Part shown: one piece after another, positions 41,629 through 51,891 of the stretch
How the letters are laid out: each line of letters begins with the position of its first letter
Position numbering within the stretch: position 1 is the stretch's first letter
Origin: a bacterium
Lineage (GTDB): Bacteria; SAR324; NAC60-12
Assembly: GCA_965205865.1 (NCBI GenBank)
Contig: CBDBHR010000025.1
Coordinates: 160,001-224,000 of the forward strand
DNA length: 64,000 bases
Direction: 5' to 3'
The notes under the pieces: model-generated
The model's input: only the letters and a program-made list of their open reading frames with translations
Told to the model about the DNA's origin: nothing
Databases searched by the model: none
Program-made: the position numbers and the translations under genes

Positions 41629-43373
41629 CTTTCAGCGATAAAGAACTCAAACGTCAGCTCAGCCTTGGAGAGGACACTCAATGGGAATTCAAGCAGATCG
41701 TCTTTTCACAGAGTCGCCCAAGAAGTCCAAGCCGCGACGATCTGGCAGATGAGATTGCTGCTTTTGCCAATGCAGACGGGGGAGTACTGCTCTGTGGCGT
41801 CACCGACGAAGGCGTAATTCAAGGTATGTCTCGTGAAGAGATCGTCGAGTTGGATTCTTTTCTGGTCGAGGTTAGCTCCGACTCCATCAAACCGGCCGTT
41901 CGTATCAGCACCTATCACAGAGAACTGGATGGCAAGCGACTTCTCCTGGTTGAAGTACCTCAGAGCGGATCGCAGCACGACAGCCCGGGTGGGAGCTACG
42001 TTCGGGTAGGTGGGTCAAAGCGCCGAATGACAAGCGATGAGCGGTTACGCCTGGCACAGCAGCGTAGCCAAGCGCGATTCCTGTGGTTCGACAAGCAGCC
42101 CGTGCCCAACACCGGATTGGGGACGCTGGACAAAGCGCTTTGGAATCCATTGTTGAACGCAGAAGGCAGGGCCTATCCGGATACGGCGCTAGAAAAAATG
42201 GCTTTTCTCGGACGAGACGAGCACGGTACGGTGCGAGCGACCGTCGCCGGCCTTCTCTTTTGCAGCCACGCCCCGGAAGAATGGTTACCCAACGCTTGCA
42301 TCACCGCCACCTACTACCGCGGTACTGATCGATCCTCCGGCCAACTCGACACCCGGACGATCAGCGGCCCCCTCAATCGACAAATTGCCGAAGTGGTCGC
42401 CTTTGCCTTGCGTAATATGCGCGTTGGAGCCTACAAAGACCCGGCCCGCACGAATTTGCCGCAGTACAGTGCGGAGGCCCTGTTTGAGGCCCTCGCCAAT
42501 GCCGTGGCCCACCGCGACTATTCGATGCGCGACAGTCGGATTCGCCTTTCGATGTTCGCCGACCGTGTCGAAATCCAGTCGCCGGGCGCCTTGGCTAATA
42601 GTTTGAGGGTAGATGAATTGGAATATCGGCAAGCGACACGCAACGAGGTCCTTGCCTCGGTCTTTGGCCGGATGCCAACCAGCGGTATCCAGGGGGCGGG
42701 TGGTCGGCTTTTCATAATGGAGCGCCGCGGAGACGGTGTCCTCGTCATCCGGCGTGAAACCCGCGAACTGGCCGGGCGTTTGCCACGATTTGATTTGATT
42801 GGGGGTGCGGAACTTCGTGTTACTCTACCAGCAGCTTCCACCAAGCCCAGCCCAGCCCGCGTTCTCATTACCGTGCGCGCTGGTGACCAGCCGCTTGCCG
42901 ATGCGGAGGTACTGGTGCTGTTCCCGAATAAGACTTGGAAACGGGCTACGACAGATGCGCTGGGCGAGGTCATTGTCGGCCTTCATACGATTGATCTGCC
43001 GATGACCGTGTTCGCCGCTGTCCACGGCTTTGCCGCGCACTGCGAACACGAGTGGATGCCCGCAGAAGGTGTGCTCGCCATTGAACTGAAGCCACTTCCC
43101 GACGGGGGTGCCGTGATTTTTTCCGAAGGGAACGGCAAAATTCCGGGGCTGAATGGGTGGCTGAATCCGATTCGAGACACCCTCGATCGAACCTATCTCT
43201 ATGCCTCGAACATTGCCATTAACCAAGGCCAGCAGCAGCCGGTGCATTTTGCGCACGGCGAAGACCTACGGCTCACCGATGTCAATGGCGTCGAGATGAG
43301 CGGGCGAATCGTGGAGATTGTGGGCCGGTGCGCGCTGGTGGAATACCGCGCATATCCGGAGGAGAAGGTTTGA
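41625..43373 (+). CDS. AlbA_2 (Schlafen-like) + HATPase_c_4 protein with beta-rich C-terminal domain
   Basis: [52 protein letters not shown]. Confidence 0.82.
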   Translation: MTFSDKELKRQLSLGEDTQWEFKQIVFSQSRPRSPSRDDLADEIAAFANADGGVLLCGVTDEGVIQGMSREEIVELDSFLVEVSSDSIKPAVRISTYHRELDGKRLLLVEVPQSGSQHDSPGGSYVRVGGSKRRMTSDERLRLAQQRSQARFLWFDKQPVPNTGLGTLDKALWNPLLNAEGRAYPDTALEKMAFLGRDEHGTVRATVAGLLFCSHAPEEWLPNACITATYYRGTDRSSGQLDTRTISGPLNRQIAEVVAFALRNMRVGAYKDPARTNLPQYSAEALFEALANAVAHRDYSMRDSRIRLSMFADRVEIQSPGALANSLRVDELEYRQATRNEVLASVFGRMPTSGIQGAGGRLFIMERRGDGVLVIRRETRELAGRLPRFDLIGGAELRVTLPAASTKPSPARVLITVRAGDQPLADAEVLVLFPNKTWKRATTDALGEVIVGLHTIDLPMTVFAAVHGFAAHCEHEWMPAEGVLAIELKPLPDGGAVIFSEGNGKIPGLNGWLNPIRDTLDRTYLYASNIAINQGQQQPVHFAHGEDLRLTDVNGVEMSGRIVEIVGRCALVEYRAYPEEKV

Positions 43374-43375
43374 GT

Positions 43376-43792
43376 ATGCTCAATTACGACAAGTTTTATC
43401 GGTCCCTCAAACGTCTGAAAGAGCAGCACGAAAATTACCGGCAACTCGACGTTTCACTACCGGAACTGACCCGGGAAGCTATCGCGGAATCAGCGATCCG
43501 GCGATTCGAGACCTGTTACGATAGTTTGTGGAAGGTATTGAGACGATACCTGATTGAAGAATTGGGTCTCGCGGAAACGCCCAAGAGTCCCAAGCTCCTC
43601 TTTAAACTGGCCCACGAGAATGACCTGTTCGACGTATCACTGGAGCAATGGCTGAGCTATGCGGACAGACGCGTGGGTACGACCCACGACTACAGTGGTG
43701 AGAAAGCGCAAGCCTGCCTGGACATCATGGACGATTTCATTGACGACGCCATCGGCCTCTACCAGACTATGAGCGGGGAAAAATGGGAATGA
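43376..43792 (+). CDS. HEPN toxin (HepT/HI0074-like), copy 2
   Basis: IRRFETCYD; RX4HXY motif RVGTTHDY. Confidence 0.87.
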   Translation: MLNYDKFYRSLKRLKEQHENYRQLDVSLPELTREAIAESAIRRFETCYDSLWKVLRRYLIEELGLAETPKSPKLLFKLAHENDLFDVSLEQWLSYADRRVGTTHDYSGEKAQACLDIMDDFIDDAIGLYQTMSGEKWE

Positions 43793-45966
43793 ACCGGACC
43801 ATCGACATCACCTCCGAACAGCGCAAAACCCTTCTCGCCTTGCTCGCAAGACATTTACCGAACACGACCACCTGGGTCTATGGCTCCCGCGTCCAATGGA
43901 CCGCACGCCCTCAATCCGATCTCGACATGGTGGTCTTCGCATCCCCATCACAAAACGGCCGGGTTTCCGCACTCAGGGAAGCGCTCGAAGAAAGCAACCT
44001 CCCCTTTCGCGTCGACCTCTTCGTCTGGGATAACATACCCGAACAATTCCACAAACATATCGAAGCAGAGTATGCTGTGTTGGTGGAGAAAGAGCAATTT
44101 GCCGACAGTGAATGTTTGCAAACCATTGGAGAATATTCACCGTTCTCCTACGGTAAAGGGCTACCAGATCGCAAGCGGCATCCATCAGGCCAAGTTCCCG
44201 TATTTGGTTCTAACGGCATAGTGGGATATCATGACATCTCATTGACCAACAGCCCAACAGTTATCGTTGGACGAAAAGGAACAGTTGGAGCAGTTCACTA
44301 CTCGCCGGTTCCATGCTGGCCCATCGATACAACATTTTTTGTGACAGACAGAGACTCAGAAATTCTCAGGTTCAAGTATTATACCTTAAAGAGCCTCTCT
44401 TTCAACAGCATGAACACCGACAGTGCGGTCCCTGGGTTGAATCGGGATGCGGCACATGCACTTTACGTGCGAGTACCCGCGAAGCAGGAACAACGAGCCA
44501 TCGCCCACATCCTGGGCACGTTGGACGACAAGATCGAGTTGAACCGGCGCATGAACGAGACCTTGGAAGCGATGGCGCGGGCGCTGTTCAAATCCTGGTT
44601 CGTCGATTTCGACCCCGTTCATGCGAAAGCCACCCTGAAGCGCCACGATGCCCATCACTCCCCCCTTGAGGGGGAGTCGATGAGGCAAGGGCGAAGCCCG
44701 CAGGCGAATCGGTGGGGGGTCATCAAACGCCAATACAGCCAACAAACCCTGCAAAACGCCAAAGTCCTCCGCCAAAACCAGACGAACGCGGAAGGACTCC
44801 TCTGGCACTACTTACGCAACAAACAAATGGACGGTCACAAGTTCCGACGCCAACAGCCAATTGGTCCCTACATCGTGGACTTTGCCTGCATGCCCCGGAA
44901 ATTGATCGTCGAACTCGATGGTGGCCAACATGCTAAACAAAAAACCTATGATGAAAAGCGTGATACATTTTTAAAGGACAAGGGTTACCGCATACTGCGC
45001 TTCTGGAACAACGAAGTATTCGAGAATTGTTTCGGCATACTGGAGAACATTTATGACGTCCTGCATCATCACCCTCCCCTCGAGGGAGGGTCGAAAGACG
45101 CCAGTCTTTCGGGGAGGGGGTCCCCCCCACCGCATAAACCGTCGCCTGACGGCTCGGTTTATGCGACTCCCCCTCGAGGGGGGAGTGATTTTCATGGGGA
45201 AGCCATGAAGGACGAATTCAGAGACAACACCCCCCAAGGGGGGAGTGAGTGGACCCCGGAACGCGCCCGCGCCTATCTCGACGGAATGGACGACGACATC
45301 ATGTCCCTGTTCCCCGACAGCTTTGAAGACTCCGAGTTGGGAAAAATTCCAAAGGGATGGGAGGTTGGCGTGGTCAGCCAACTCGCGGAAAGAATTCAGA
45401 ATGGGGGAACTCCAAAACGATCCAAACTAAGATATTGGGAGCGTGGAGAAATTCCTTGGCTGACCTCCGGTGAGGTCAGACAGTCTTTTATTCTCGGAAC
45501 CCAGGACTTTATTTCTAAGGATGGTCTTGCAAAAAGCTCAGCGAAAATGGTCCCACCACGTTCAATTCTGGTGGCTCTATACGGTGCAACTGCTGGGCAA
45601 GTGTCCATGAATTATCGGTCTCTTTCAACAAACCAAGCGGTGTCAACCGTAATTCCAAGTACGGGGAACAGGTATTTCTGTTTGGTAAGTCTCAAGTTGG
45701 AAGTGTCTGATCTTGGAAACAGAGCTGTGGGGTCGGCACAGCAAAACATCAGTAAGAAAGTAGTTGAAGAAACTATTGTTCTGCTACCTCAGATTGAACT
45801 TCGATCAGCATATGATTTTATGGTGGAGTCACTTTTTGATCGAATTTTCCACAATCTGTACGAAAACCAAACCCTCTCCGCCCTGCGGGACAAGCTGCTA
45901 CCGAAGCTGGTGTCGGGCGAAATTCGTATCGATGAAATTGAAAAACTGATAGAGACAACAATATGA
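43783..45966 (+). CDS. hsdS: Type I R-M specificity subunit with N-terminal MNT domain and internal DUF559 endonuclease
   Basis: [15 protein letters not shown] (GSX10DXD); TRD1; [22 protein letters not shown]559 [15 protein letters not shown]...VELDGGQH...LRFWNNEV; SELGKIPKGW; TRD2; RDKLLPKLVSGEI. Start may be ATG 43789 (ATGA overlap). Confidence 0.93.
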   Translation: MGMNRTIDITSEQRKTLLALLARHLPNTTTWVYGSRVQWTARPQSDLDMVVFASPSQNGRVSALREALEESNLPFRVDLFVWDNIPEQFHKHIEAEYAVLVEKEQFADSECLQTIGEYSPFSYGKGLPDRKRHPSGQVPVFGSNGIVGYHDISLTNSPTVIVGRKGTVGAVHYSPVPCWPIDTTFFVTDRDSEILRFKYYTLKSLSFNSMNTDSAVPGLNRDAAHALYVRVPAKQEQRAIAHILGTLDDKIELNRRMNETLEAMARALFKSWFVDFDPVHAKATLKRHDAHHSPLEGESMRQGRSPQANRWGVIKRQYSQQTLQNAKVLRQNQTNAEGLLWHYLRNKQMDGHKFRRQQPIGPYIVDFACMPRKLIVELDGGQHAKQKTYDEKRDTFLKDKGYRILRFWNNEVFENCFGILENIYDVLHHHPPLEGGSKDASLSGRGSPPPHKPSPDGSVYATPPRGGSDFHGEAMKDEFRDNTPQGGSEWTPERARAYLDGMDDDIMSLFPDSFEDSELGKIPKGWEVGVVSQLAERIQNGGTPKRSKLRYWERGEIPWLTSGEVRQSFILGTQDFISKDGLAKSSAKMVPPRSILVALYGATAGQVSMNYRSLSTNQAVSTVIPSTGNRYFCLVSLKLEVSDLGNRAVGSAQQNISKKVVEETIVLLPQIELRSAYDFMVESLFDRIFHNLYENQTLSALRDKLLPKLVSGEIRIDEIEKLIETTI
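44655..45188. mobile_element. Candidate REP-flanked DUF559 element inserted in frame in hsdS
   Basis: 25-bp inverted ends (24/25 match) at 44655-44679 and 45164-45188; 534 bp = 178 codons. Mobility is inferred, not shown. Confidence 0.6.
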
Positions 45967-46134
45967 GCGAAACAACAACACAGCAGGTTCCTGATAGCAT
46001 TCTTCCCTATCTCAATGAGATTGCGGAGCGTCTTTGGTCGGGGCGCGCAGCCGTTATGGTAGGGGCAGGGTTCAGCAGAAATGCCAAACCGAACAGTACT
46101 TCATACCCCGACTTTCCTGACTGGTCCCAGCTAG

Positions 46135-47966
46135 ACCCTAGCCGAAAAGGGTTTCGAAAATAGTAAATATAACCGATTGGATTCTATTTGATTCTCTATT
46201 TGATTCAATATGACGAGAAAACGATTTATTTTTGTTTTTTATTCGCCCACAGCACAGTTTTTATAGGGAAAAAATCTTTTTTGGACATACTTTCCTCGCC
46301 CCTGCTCATATTTCACACTCCCCCATTGAATATTCAGGCCGCTTGTTTGAGTTGTCTTTTTTTCAACTCAATCATTTTGCAAAAATTATAGGTTAATGCT
46401 TTTTCCAGCAACTCTGCCCGAACGTTTTCAATCCCTCTGCGCATAACTTGTCCGAAATGGAAACGATGCTTAAGATGAAACATCAACGACTCTGCAGCAG
46501 ATCTTCCATTTCGTGATTCCAAATAGATTTCACTTTCCCATTCTTCAATCGGGGTCATCTTTTTTCCCTTTGCCCCACTAATACTAAAAACCTTAACGCC
46601 TTTGCCCATCCACTTTTCTCTGATCGCCTGATTGGCATATCCATCATCAAGGCTCACTTCAGAGGGAATGGTGATGGTGCATCGCAAATGTTCAACAAGG
46701 GCAGGGTCGAGTTGCCCTGAATCAGCAGCATTGCCCTCCGGAGTAATTAACACGGAAATAAAACCATTTCCGCTCCTTCCTAATTGAGGCTTATATCCGA
46801 TAAGCGCTTCTCGATCTCCCTTTTGAATATAAGCCGAACTCTGATCGGAAAGACTCAATACTTTCTCAGTAGAAGGAACCTTCTTTTCTTCAAAAACTCT
46901 TTGATGACAGTAGATGATTACCCGTTGCAAATTAGAAATATCTTCATTCATCATTTCAATGAGGCGAATCAAACGCGTTTTCCGAGAAGGGGGGAGAAGA
47001 GCTTTTTGGGCACGGATATCCACCTTTGCCATTTCTTTTAAAAATTTCCCATGAGCGCTTTGAGCTTTCTTCAATAGGGTTTTGTAATGTTTTTTTCGCT
47101 TCGTTTTACTGTCCTTTTTACCTGTCTCAAAAGCAATCATCTTAGAGAGCTTATTCATCTCCTTGATGAGGAAATCAAAATTTCTTTCACTGATCTTAGC
47201 GATTCCAAATGTATCAAGGGAACGCCCTCGATGGTAGCTTCGCTCCACGAGACGAGTCAATATCGACGAATCAGTAGGCCAAGCTGTATTTCCTTTTACA
47301 GAGGTGCTATCCAGTTTTAAAATATCAAAATCGTCCAACTCTTCATTGAGAACCATTCGAATTTGAGCATCGAAAATAAACTGTCTGGTCTCGTTGCTGA
47401 CAGCATTGACATTATCAAGGATTGTACTCGCTCCCGGCATTTTCAATCCACGGTTGAGCAGAAGCAGATGCAGTGTGATTGACTCTGAAAGAAATATTTG
47501 GGCCGTTTGGGATTTGATACTTCCTAAGTATCCCCGAATCATCATAAAAAGGTAGACTAAAAAAGCCGACATCCGAGGACACCCTATTTCCAGCCTCAGT
47601 TCTTCCGGCTTCAATTCCTCATCTTCTACGGGAAGATGAGGAAGCCATGGATTCCGGGCTTCCTGCCATCGTTTATCCTCTAAACGCTCTTTCTTTTTAT
47701 TTCTTGCGTATTTCTCCAAATCCTGTTCAATTTTGTCCAATATCTCCGGCTCTCGCTCAGACAATTGATCAAGTTCTGATAAGAAATTTTCAAATTCTGT
47801 ATCAGGAGCGCTTAAAAAAAGATGTTTTTCTGCTCGAATGAATGGTTTCATTTTGGGTGCCATAATTCTTAATATTGAAGTTATTCACAGTTATTTCAAT
47901 GAATTATGGCACTTTTTAACCTCAAGTTAAAGATATAATTCTAAAAAATACCTTTTCGGCTAGGAT
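46135..47966 (-). mobile_element. Insertion sequence (ISNCY/IS5-like), 1832 bp
   Basis: TIRs ACCCTAGCCGAAAAGGG / ACCTTTTCGGCTAGGAT; 8-bp direct repeat CCAGCTAG at 46127-46134 and 47967-47974. Confidence 0.92.
46334..47863 (-). CDS. DDE transposase (ISNCY/IS5-like)
   Basis: LDSTSVKGNTAWPTDS, KVLSL, LDDGYA, RSAAESLMFHLK; lies between the TIRs. Confidence 0.88.
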   Translation of the reverse strand: MAPKMKPFIRAEKHLFLSAPDTEFENFLSELDQLSEREPEILDKIEQDLEKYARNKKKERLEDKRWQEARNPWLPHLPVEDEELKPEELRLEIGCPRMSAFLVYLFMMIRGYLGSIKSQTAQIFLSESITLHLLLLNRGLKMPGASTILDNVNAVSNETRQFIFDAQIRMVLNEELDDFDILKLDSTSVKGNTAWPTDSSILTRLVERSYHRGRSLDTFGIAKISERNFDFLIKEMNKLSKMIAFETGKKDSKTKRKKHYKTLLKKAQSAHGKFLKEMAKVDIRAQKALLPPSRKTRLIRLIEMMNEDISNLQRVIIYCHQRVFEEKKVPSTEKVLSLSDQSSAYIQKGDREALIGYKPQLGRSGNGFISVLITPEGNAADSGQLDPALVEHLRCTITIPSEVSLDDGYANQAIREKWMGKGVKVFSISGAKGKKMTPIEEWESEIYLESRNGRSAAESLMFHLKHRFHFGQVMRRGIENVRAELLEKALTYNFCKMIELKKRQLKQAA

Positions 47967-50900
47967 CCAGCTAGATGATTGTTTTACGAGAAGATCCACG
48001 GCAGAAAACCTGGTACTCGGAGCAAATATCTCAGTGTGCCCAAACTAGCGGATGCGGTGCGAGCCGCCTTTGGGCGGCCAGCACTAGACCAGCTATTACG
48101 CGAGGTTATTCCGAATCTGGAATACGAACCATCACCAATCCAAAAGCAGTTACTCAATCTACCTTGGTCGGATGTATTCACGACAAATTACGACACATTA
48201 CTGGAGCGGGCATGCAATGCAGTCATCTCTCAAAGATATGATGTGGTTGTCAATAAAGAGGATCTGACATACTCGCAAAAACCACGAATCATTAAACTGC
48301 ATGGTAGTTTTCCATCTGATCGACCGTTTGTCATTACCGAGGAAGACTACAGGCGTTATCCTGAAAATTTTGCCCCATTCGTAAATACTGTCCGTCAATC
48401 ACTCTTGGAAAATACGCTTTGTCTGGTCGGATTTTCCGGGGACGACCCCAACTTCGTGCAGTGGATCGGATGGATAAGAGATAACTTGGGTGAAAAGAAT
48501 GCTCCCAAAATATATCTCATTGGCCTGTTTAACCTGTCAATCGCGGAGAAAAAACTTCTTGAACAGCGTAACATCTTTCTGGTTGAAATGTCTGAATACC
48601 CTGACATAAAGAGTGAAAATCATTATAAGGCAATGAAACGATTTCTTGAGTACCTACACTTAAGAAAAGAGGATGATAATAATCTTGGATGGCCAAAAGA
48701 AAATGAACTTTCGCATCCAGATCAGGATACAGAAAAAATAGAACAGCTTTCGCGACTTCTCCCAGTCTGGAAAAAACAGCGTCTTTCATACCCAGGATGG
48801 GTAATTGTTCCCGAAGATCGACGTAGCGTTCTTTGGAGAGATACCTTTTCTTGGCTCCATTATCTCTCTGCGACAGACAACCTCCCTGAATTAATCGACC
48901 TCGAATTCGCCTTCGAGCTGAGTTGGCGCATGGAAAAATGTCTCTGTCCGGTCTTCAGTAACCAAGTAGCATTTTTTGAAGCGATACTGGAAAAGTACCT
49001 GCCCTATGACGATGTGGAAACAAAGACTGATTCATTTCACATGCGATCAGCCGAAGTGAATTCTCAAGAGTCTGATCGAATCGATGTCAGGGAAATGTTG
49101 CCACACCTGCTACTGTGGATGTTACGATTTTACCGCGAAGAAGGGTTGTTGGAAAAATGGGCAAGACTGTGTGAAAAGATACAACAAAATGTCGAGAATT
49201 TATCCGCCGGACACAAAGCGTATTTCTACTATGAACGGGGCCTTTATGCGTTGTTTGGTTTGAACTTGCGGGAACTCAAAGAAATTCTGGCAGAATGGCA
49301 GGTCAATGAATCGTTACCATTCTGGGAGGCCAAAAGAGCGGGATTGCTTGCTGAAATCGGGCAAGTGGATGACGCGAAAAAAATTCTTGAACGATCACTG
49401 AAAGATATCCGCTCCAAACTGAATCTGAAATCGATTACATCGGATTATTCCTTGGTTTCACAGGAATCTTTTATAATGCTCTTACTGCAATACGTGCAAA
49501 CATCCGTAGCTTACAACAATGTTGACCGGTCAGAAATTCAAGCGCTTCGCAATGAATTTTCAGAACGCTGGAATGCGCTCAACCAGTATAAATGCGATCC
49601 ATGGAATGAATTGAAACTTTTTAGAAGCACTCTCAAACAACCTCCGGTAAAGCAATCAGAGGTCACAGAAAGGAATGAATTCGACATCGGACGGGTCACA
49701 CGAACGTACCAATTTGGCAGTGGGAATAAGGAAACATTGATCGCGTATAGTTTTCTACGTTTTTGTGAAGATGCGGGCATACCTTTCAAAATACCTGGAA
49801 GCATTATTGGGAAAGAAGCCGCAGAAGGGACGTTATCCTGGATCATGGAGTCTTCCCCGTACTGGGCATTGGCAACCATGGTTAGGATTGGCGATGAAAA
49901 CGTCGTAGATCATATTTTCAACAGGGCGTCCTTATCTAAAAAGGAGACAGCTTTTGTTGACAGTCTTATCGAAAAATATCTCTGCTGCCTTGAGCAAAGC
50001 GTGGCAGGTATCCGTACAGGGAGTGGTTTTCTAATGGACAATTTTGAGAAAGTACTGGCGGGAGTCGTCCCCGAGATTTTATCCAGACTGTGTTGCAAAT
50101 GCTCACCTCAATCAAGAGACCGGCTTTTCGACTTTCTCTTTGGCGTTTACCAGTCGGACCATAGAGGTAAGTATGGAGAAATCCGCAAGCTGACTGAAAG
50201 GCTTTTGAGTGCTTTCCCGGCTCAGCATCGTTATGATTTGATTCCGAGATTGTTGGAGTTTCCTGTCGTTGAAAGTTCCGACCCCATCGAAGCAAGGAAC
50301 TTCATTAATCCGTTTCACTTTCTCAGTCTCGAAATAGAATGGACCGAAACCTGGGACAAGCCGATAATCCCGGACGAAAAAGTAAATATTTTCCTTGAGA
50401 GAGCATCATCTGAACACTCCTACGTGCGGAAATGGGCAACGCACGAACTTGGCGAGTTGCATATCCTGGGACTGTTAACAGATAGTCAGATGGATAAATT
50501 TGCTGAGTCGCTCTGGAGTAACCTGGGTGATTTTGATCTCCCAACTGAAACCGATTACTATAAATTTGCCTTTCTGGAAATGCCTCATCCTCCGAGCATA
50601 GAGCCAATACTATTATTCAAAAACTATGTTGAAAGTGAGCAATTTCCCGTTCAGAAAAATCGCGAAGATCAAAGAATCACTTTTACTGGAGGAGATATCC
50701 CGCTCTGCAACGATATCGATAGAGCCAGCAAGCGTATCGAATGGTCCGAAGACGATGTCAATTCCATACTGGATCGCCTTGTTGAATGGTGGGACGCTGA
50801 CAAGGAGTATTTGAAAGCAGACGACCGCGCCGCCCCATTTGGTTCTCTCGCAGATGAATTCAAAGCGAGGTTTGCGCGTTTGGTGGACGTCTTGGCAGCC

Positions 50901-51891
50901 GTGATTACTCCCAATTTCAATCCGAGTGAAGAAGATTACAGAAAAAAGACGTTAGGGCGCCTAGTCATTGAACTTCTTGACTATGGGATTCCTGCGCTTC
51001 GTCTGCAGAGTGCCTGTCTTCACCTATATCCCGAATGGAAAGATGACGTTTTCCAGAGAATCGAAAACGGAATGACTTCCTCCGATCATGCAACAGTTAT
51101 CGACTGTCTTGAAGCATTTTTGGTCATTGCGGAGAGAAGCGAGTCGGACGCAGATAAAAACGACTTTTCAAGAATCTTGCACGTGTTGGCTCAGATGGTT
51201 CGCTGGCAAAAGAATACGGGTCTGGCGAGCGCACTCTTCACTATCGCTCAACTGACAAAAAAATTTCCTTGGGTCTTTACGGAGGAATTTGAACGGTTGA
51301 CGCTTATGGGGTTGCGTAACATTGCCAGGGATACCGCCACAAATGTGGATGGCGTTGACTTTGCTGATAAGTTGGAGATCCGGCGTGCGGCGGCAAGCCT
51401 GGCATATAACTTATTCGAGCACTACACCAGGCAGGGCAAACCTGCTCCTGATGCGATAACAGAATGGAAGAAAATTTGCCTGTCAGACAATGAATTCGCC
51501 GAAGTCAGAAACCAGTGGATACGACACTAGCTCTGATCTCAAGAAAGCAACCGTAAGGTAAGAATGGAGTCAGCGAGGAGCATCTCTACCTCCTTTTAAA
51601 GCAGTTAGATATTAAATCATTCCGTGACGGGAATTGTTCAATATAAGAAAGGCAGAAATTCTTAAAGCTATATCCTTTGTTCTCTCATGAGCCTGTTTTT
51701 CAAATTTTTTGTTAATCTCATGCAACCTATGTTTGCAAGAGTACGAGTAAATTCGGAAGAATCCCGATCCTCTCCACCTCGCGCGATACGCTGCTGCCGA
51801 AGCTGGTATCGAGGAAAATACGGGTGAAACACGAGTCGATTCTTCAACCCCTTAAACCAAGTCCAGATAGAAACGAACAAAAGGAAAGGGA

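Larger units (their letters stand above)
45963..51530 (+). pseudogene. Dsr1-like defence-associated sirtuin interrupted by an IS
   Basis: 5' piece LNEIAERLWSGRAAVMVGAGFS...DWSQL; 3' piece (47979-51530, 1183 aa) FYEK...TTNYD...KLHGSF...GFSGDDPNF plus a long helical C-terminus. Confidence 0.82.

Noticed and set aside
44640-45250. Intein in HsdS
   Set aside because: No N-terminal Cys/Ser block or C-terminal His-Asn splice motif; the insert is DUF559 plus repeat-derived peptide.
35362-45966. Diversity-generating retroelement (template/variable repeat)
   Set aside because: No reverse transcriptase, and differences between the copies are not adenine-specific.
36980-45966. Invertible hsdS shufflon
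   Set aside because: Both hsdS copies are in direct orientation and no recombinase gene is visible.
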